Made by a program: the position numbers and the translations under genes. The notes under the pieces were generated by a model. The model did no database searches. It was not told the origin of the DNA and was given only the letters and a program-made list of their open reading frames with translations. This document shows, one piece after another, positions 37,839 through 39,439 of a stretch of 39,439 nt of DNA; the stretch's first letter is position 1, and every line of letters begins with the position of its first letter. The stretch spans positions 1-39,439 of the forward strand of contig CBFGJG010000014.1 of NCBI GenBank assembly GCA_965649055.1, in the 5' to 3' direction. Source of the DNA: a candidate division WOR-3 bacterium (GTDB taxonomy: Bacteria > Hydrothermota > UBA3072 > B12-G15).

Positions 37839-39202
37839 TTTTTCTATTGCTATCATTAAAGATTTATTTCTTTTTTTCTCCTGATTGTCCGGACTGTAAA
37901 TTTGTAAAAGAGAATCTTATCAAAAAAATTGAAGACAGATATGATATTGAATATTTTGATATAAATATTCCTGAGAATATGAAAACACTGATGTCTATTG
38001 AAGATAGAAAGAAAGATTATGACAATAAAATCCCAGTTGTATATGTTGGTGATTCTATCTTTGGCTCAAAGGAAGAGATAATGGAAGGTTTATTGAATTA
38101 TCTTGAAACATTAAATGATACATCCTCAGTTGAATTAAAAAATCTTGAAAATATAAGACTCGAAAATCCTGTAAAGATTTTATATTTCTATTCAACCGGA
38201 TGCAAAAAGTGTGAAAGGATGGAGTATGAACTGAAATTATTAAAGGAAGAAATGAATGGGCTTATAATAGAATCTTACGAATTGACAAAATCAGCAAATT
38301 TCTTATATAATATAGAGAAAAATATAGGGGTCGAAAAGGGAAAAATCCTTGTTGTTCCGGTTGTTATCCTGAACGATAAAATATATTTCAAAGATGATAT
38401 TCATAATTTGAAAGATGAGATAATAAAGGTTTCGGTTTCAGGTAATTTAGATTATTATGAAAGGTATAAAGAAGAAAGCAGTTTAAACGAATTATTCAGT
38501 ATCCTGAGATTTGGTTCAATATTCACTTCAGGTCTTATTGATGGTATTAATCCTTGTGCCTTTGCAACCCTTATTTTTCTTATCAGTTTATTTTCTCTAA
38601 GTGGCAGAAGACAGGATGTATTCCTTTCAGGAATTGGTTTCATAATATCAGTTTATTTTACATATCTTCTAATAGGGTTTGGCATCTTCAGCTTTATAAG
38701 GTCTCTCTCCATTTTTTTAACAATTTCAAGGGTTATATATATAATAAGTGGAAGTATATCGGTAATCTTTGCTGTATTAAGCATAATAGATATAGTAAGG
38801 ATTAAAAAAAATAAAGAAATAATCCTTAAGATGCCTTCATTTTTAAAGAAACTATCAAGGAAGCTTTCAAGGAACATATACTCAAATTCCATCGTCTTTT
38901 TATCTTCTATAGTGATCGGCTTTCTTGTATCACTATTTGAGTTTACCTGCACGGGACAGATTTACCTTCCTTTTATAACATATCTCGCACAAAATCCATA
39001 TTTTAAAATTTCCGCACTAAAGCCTCTGCTAATCTACAATATAGGTTTTATTTTACCGATCATAGTAATCTTTTTAATTTATTTAACAGGTGTTAGAGAG
39101 TTTGAGTTATCAAAGACACTGAATAAGAGGATTATATTAATCAAGTTATTAACAGCTATACTATTATTTACACTTGCAGCCTTCATATTTTTATCGGTGT
39201 AA
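37835..39202 (+). CDS. Two thioredoxin-like domains fused to a CcdA/DsbD-type transmembrane electron transporter
   Basis: FFSPDCPDC...IPVV and FYSTGCKKC...VPVV; TM domain GLIDGINPCAF...FEFTCTGQIY with about 6 TM helices. Confidence 0.82.
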   Translation: MIFLLLSLKIYFFFSPDCPDCKFVKENLIKKIEDRYDIEYFDINIPENMKTLMSIEDRKKDYDNKIPVVYVGDSIFGSKEEIMEGLLNYLETLNDTSSVELKNLENIRLENPVKILYFYSTGCKKCERMEYELKLLKEEMNGLIIESYELTKSANFLYNIEKNIGVEKGKILVVPVVILNDKIYFKDDIHNLKDEIIKVSVSGNLDYYERYKEESSLNELFSILRFGSIFTSGLIDGINPCAFATLIFLISLFSLSGRRQDVFLSGIGFIISVYFTYLLIGFGIFSFIRSLSIFLTISRVIYIISGSISVIFAVLSIIDIVRIKKNKEIILKMPSFLKKLSRKLSRNIYSNSIVFLSSIVIGFLVSLFEFTCTGQIYLPFITYLAQNPYFKISALKPLLIYNIGFILPIIVIFLIYLTGVREFELSKTLNKRIILIKLLTAILLFTLAAFIFLSV

Positions 39203-39400
39203 AATAAATTTTGTGTAAAAATAAAAATTGTGTATAATTTAATACAGAAACTTGCTCCTGGCAGGTTAAATTCCAAAGATTCTGAATACGATAATGAAAG
39301 AAGAAAGAGAGATGTTTCTTGAAAACAGTGAAGTTCCGAAATATTCAAGGGTTCTACCTCAAAAATACTCTATCTATTGAAGTTCAAAGAAGACTTCATT
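39196..39400 (+). mobile_element. Probable degenerate IS256-family element left end with frameshifted transposase fragment
   Basis: GTGTAAAATAAATTTTGTGTAAAA resembles IS256-family terminal repeats as recalled (GTGTAAAATATTTTGTGTAAA). Broken frames read KILNTIMKEEREMFLEN and QGFYLKN, like IS256 transposase N-termini. In-frame stops are present. Confidence 0.45.
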
Positions 39401-39439
39401 CAGGTGTTACATAAAGGAAGATGTTAAAAATCAGATTCT

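Noticed and set aside
39197..39240. Short direct repeats considered as a CRISPR array
   Set aside because: Units are about 16 nt, contiguous and without spacers; no cas genes.
39079..39348. 89-aa minus-strand ORF
   Set aside because: Overlaps the ccdA-like gene in antisense and the putative IS remnant; no RBS or motif.

Overview
AT-rich (roughly one-third GC by eye), gene-dense chromosomal segment of a diderm bacterium. It encodes a TonB receptor, PorV-like, LptE-like and TamB proteins. Gene content and style suggest an FCB-group candidate lineage such as WOR-3, but that is an unverified impression. Almost everything from 1 to 34108 is on the minus strand. In transcription order it holds: (i) a lipoprotein; (ii) a ~14.6 kb unit made of an unusual soluble chemoreceptor (two MCP signalling hairpins fused to a DppA-type peptide-binding domain), cheW-cheY-cheA-cheC (Myxococcus Dif-like order, no cheR/cheB), a large TPR protein, DUF4388-TPR, three Roadblock/MglB proteins (no mglA) and tamB; (iii) a barrel-TPR protein, purM, ybbR, tsaD and a GT28 glycosyltransferase; (iv) gltX, surA/ppiD-like and lptE; (v) HU/IHF, a 29-aa bS22-like ribosomal protein missed by the ORF track, tRNA-Arg(CCG) and two pilT paralogs; (vi) a TonB receptor, a CTD-bearing protein, PorV and a secreted protein that runs off the window. 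On the plus strand are ArsR with a palindromic operator, a radical SAM protein, an RMDN/TatT-like TPR protein, apgM and a thioredoxin-CcdA fusion, followed by a probable decayed IS256-family end. The best candidate for an undescribed system is the peptide-sensing, double-tip cytoplasmic receptor wired to a Dif-like Che module and Mgl-type polarity proteins. All family calls come from motif recognition by eye; no searches were run.
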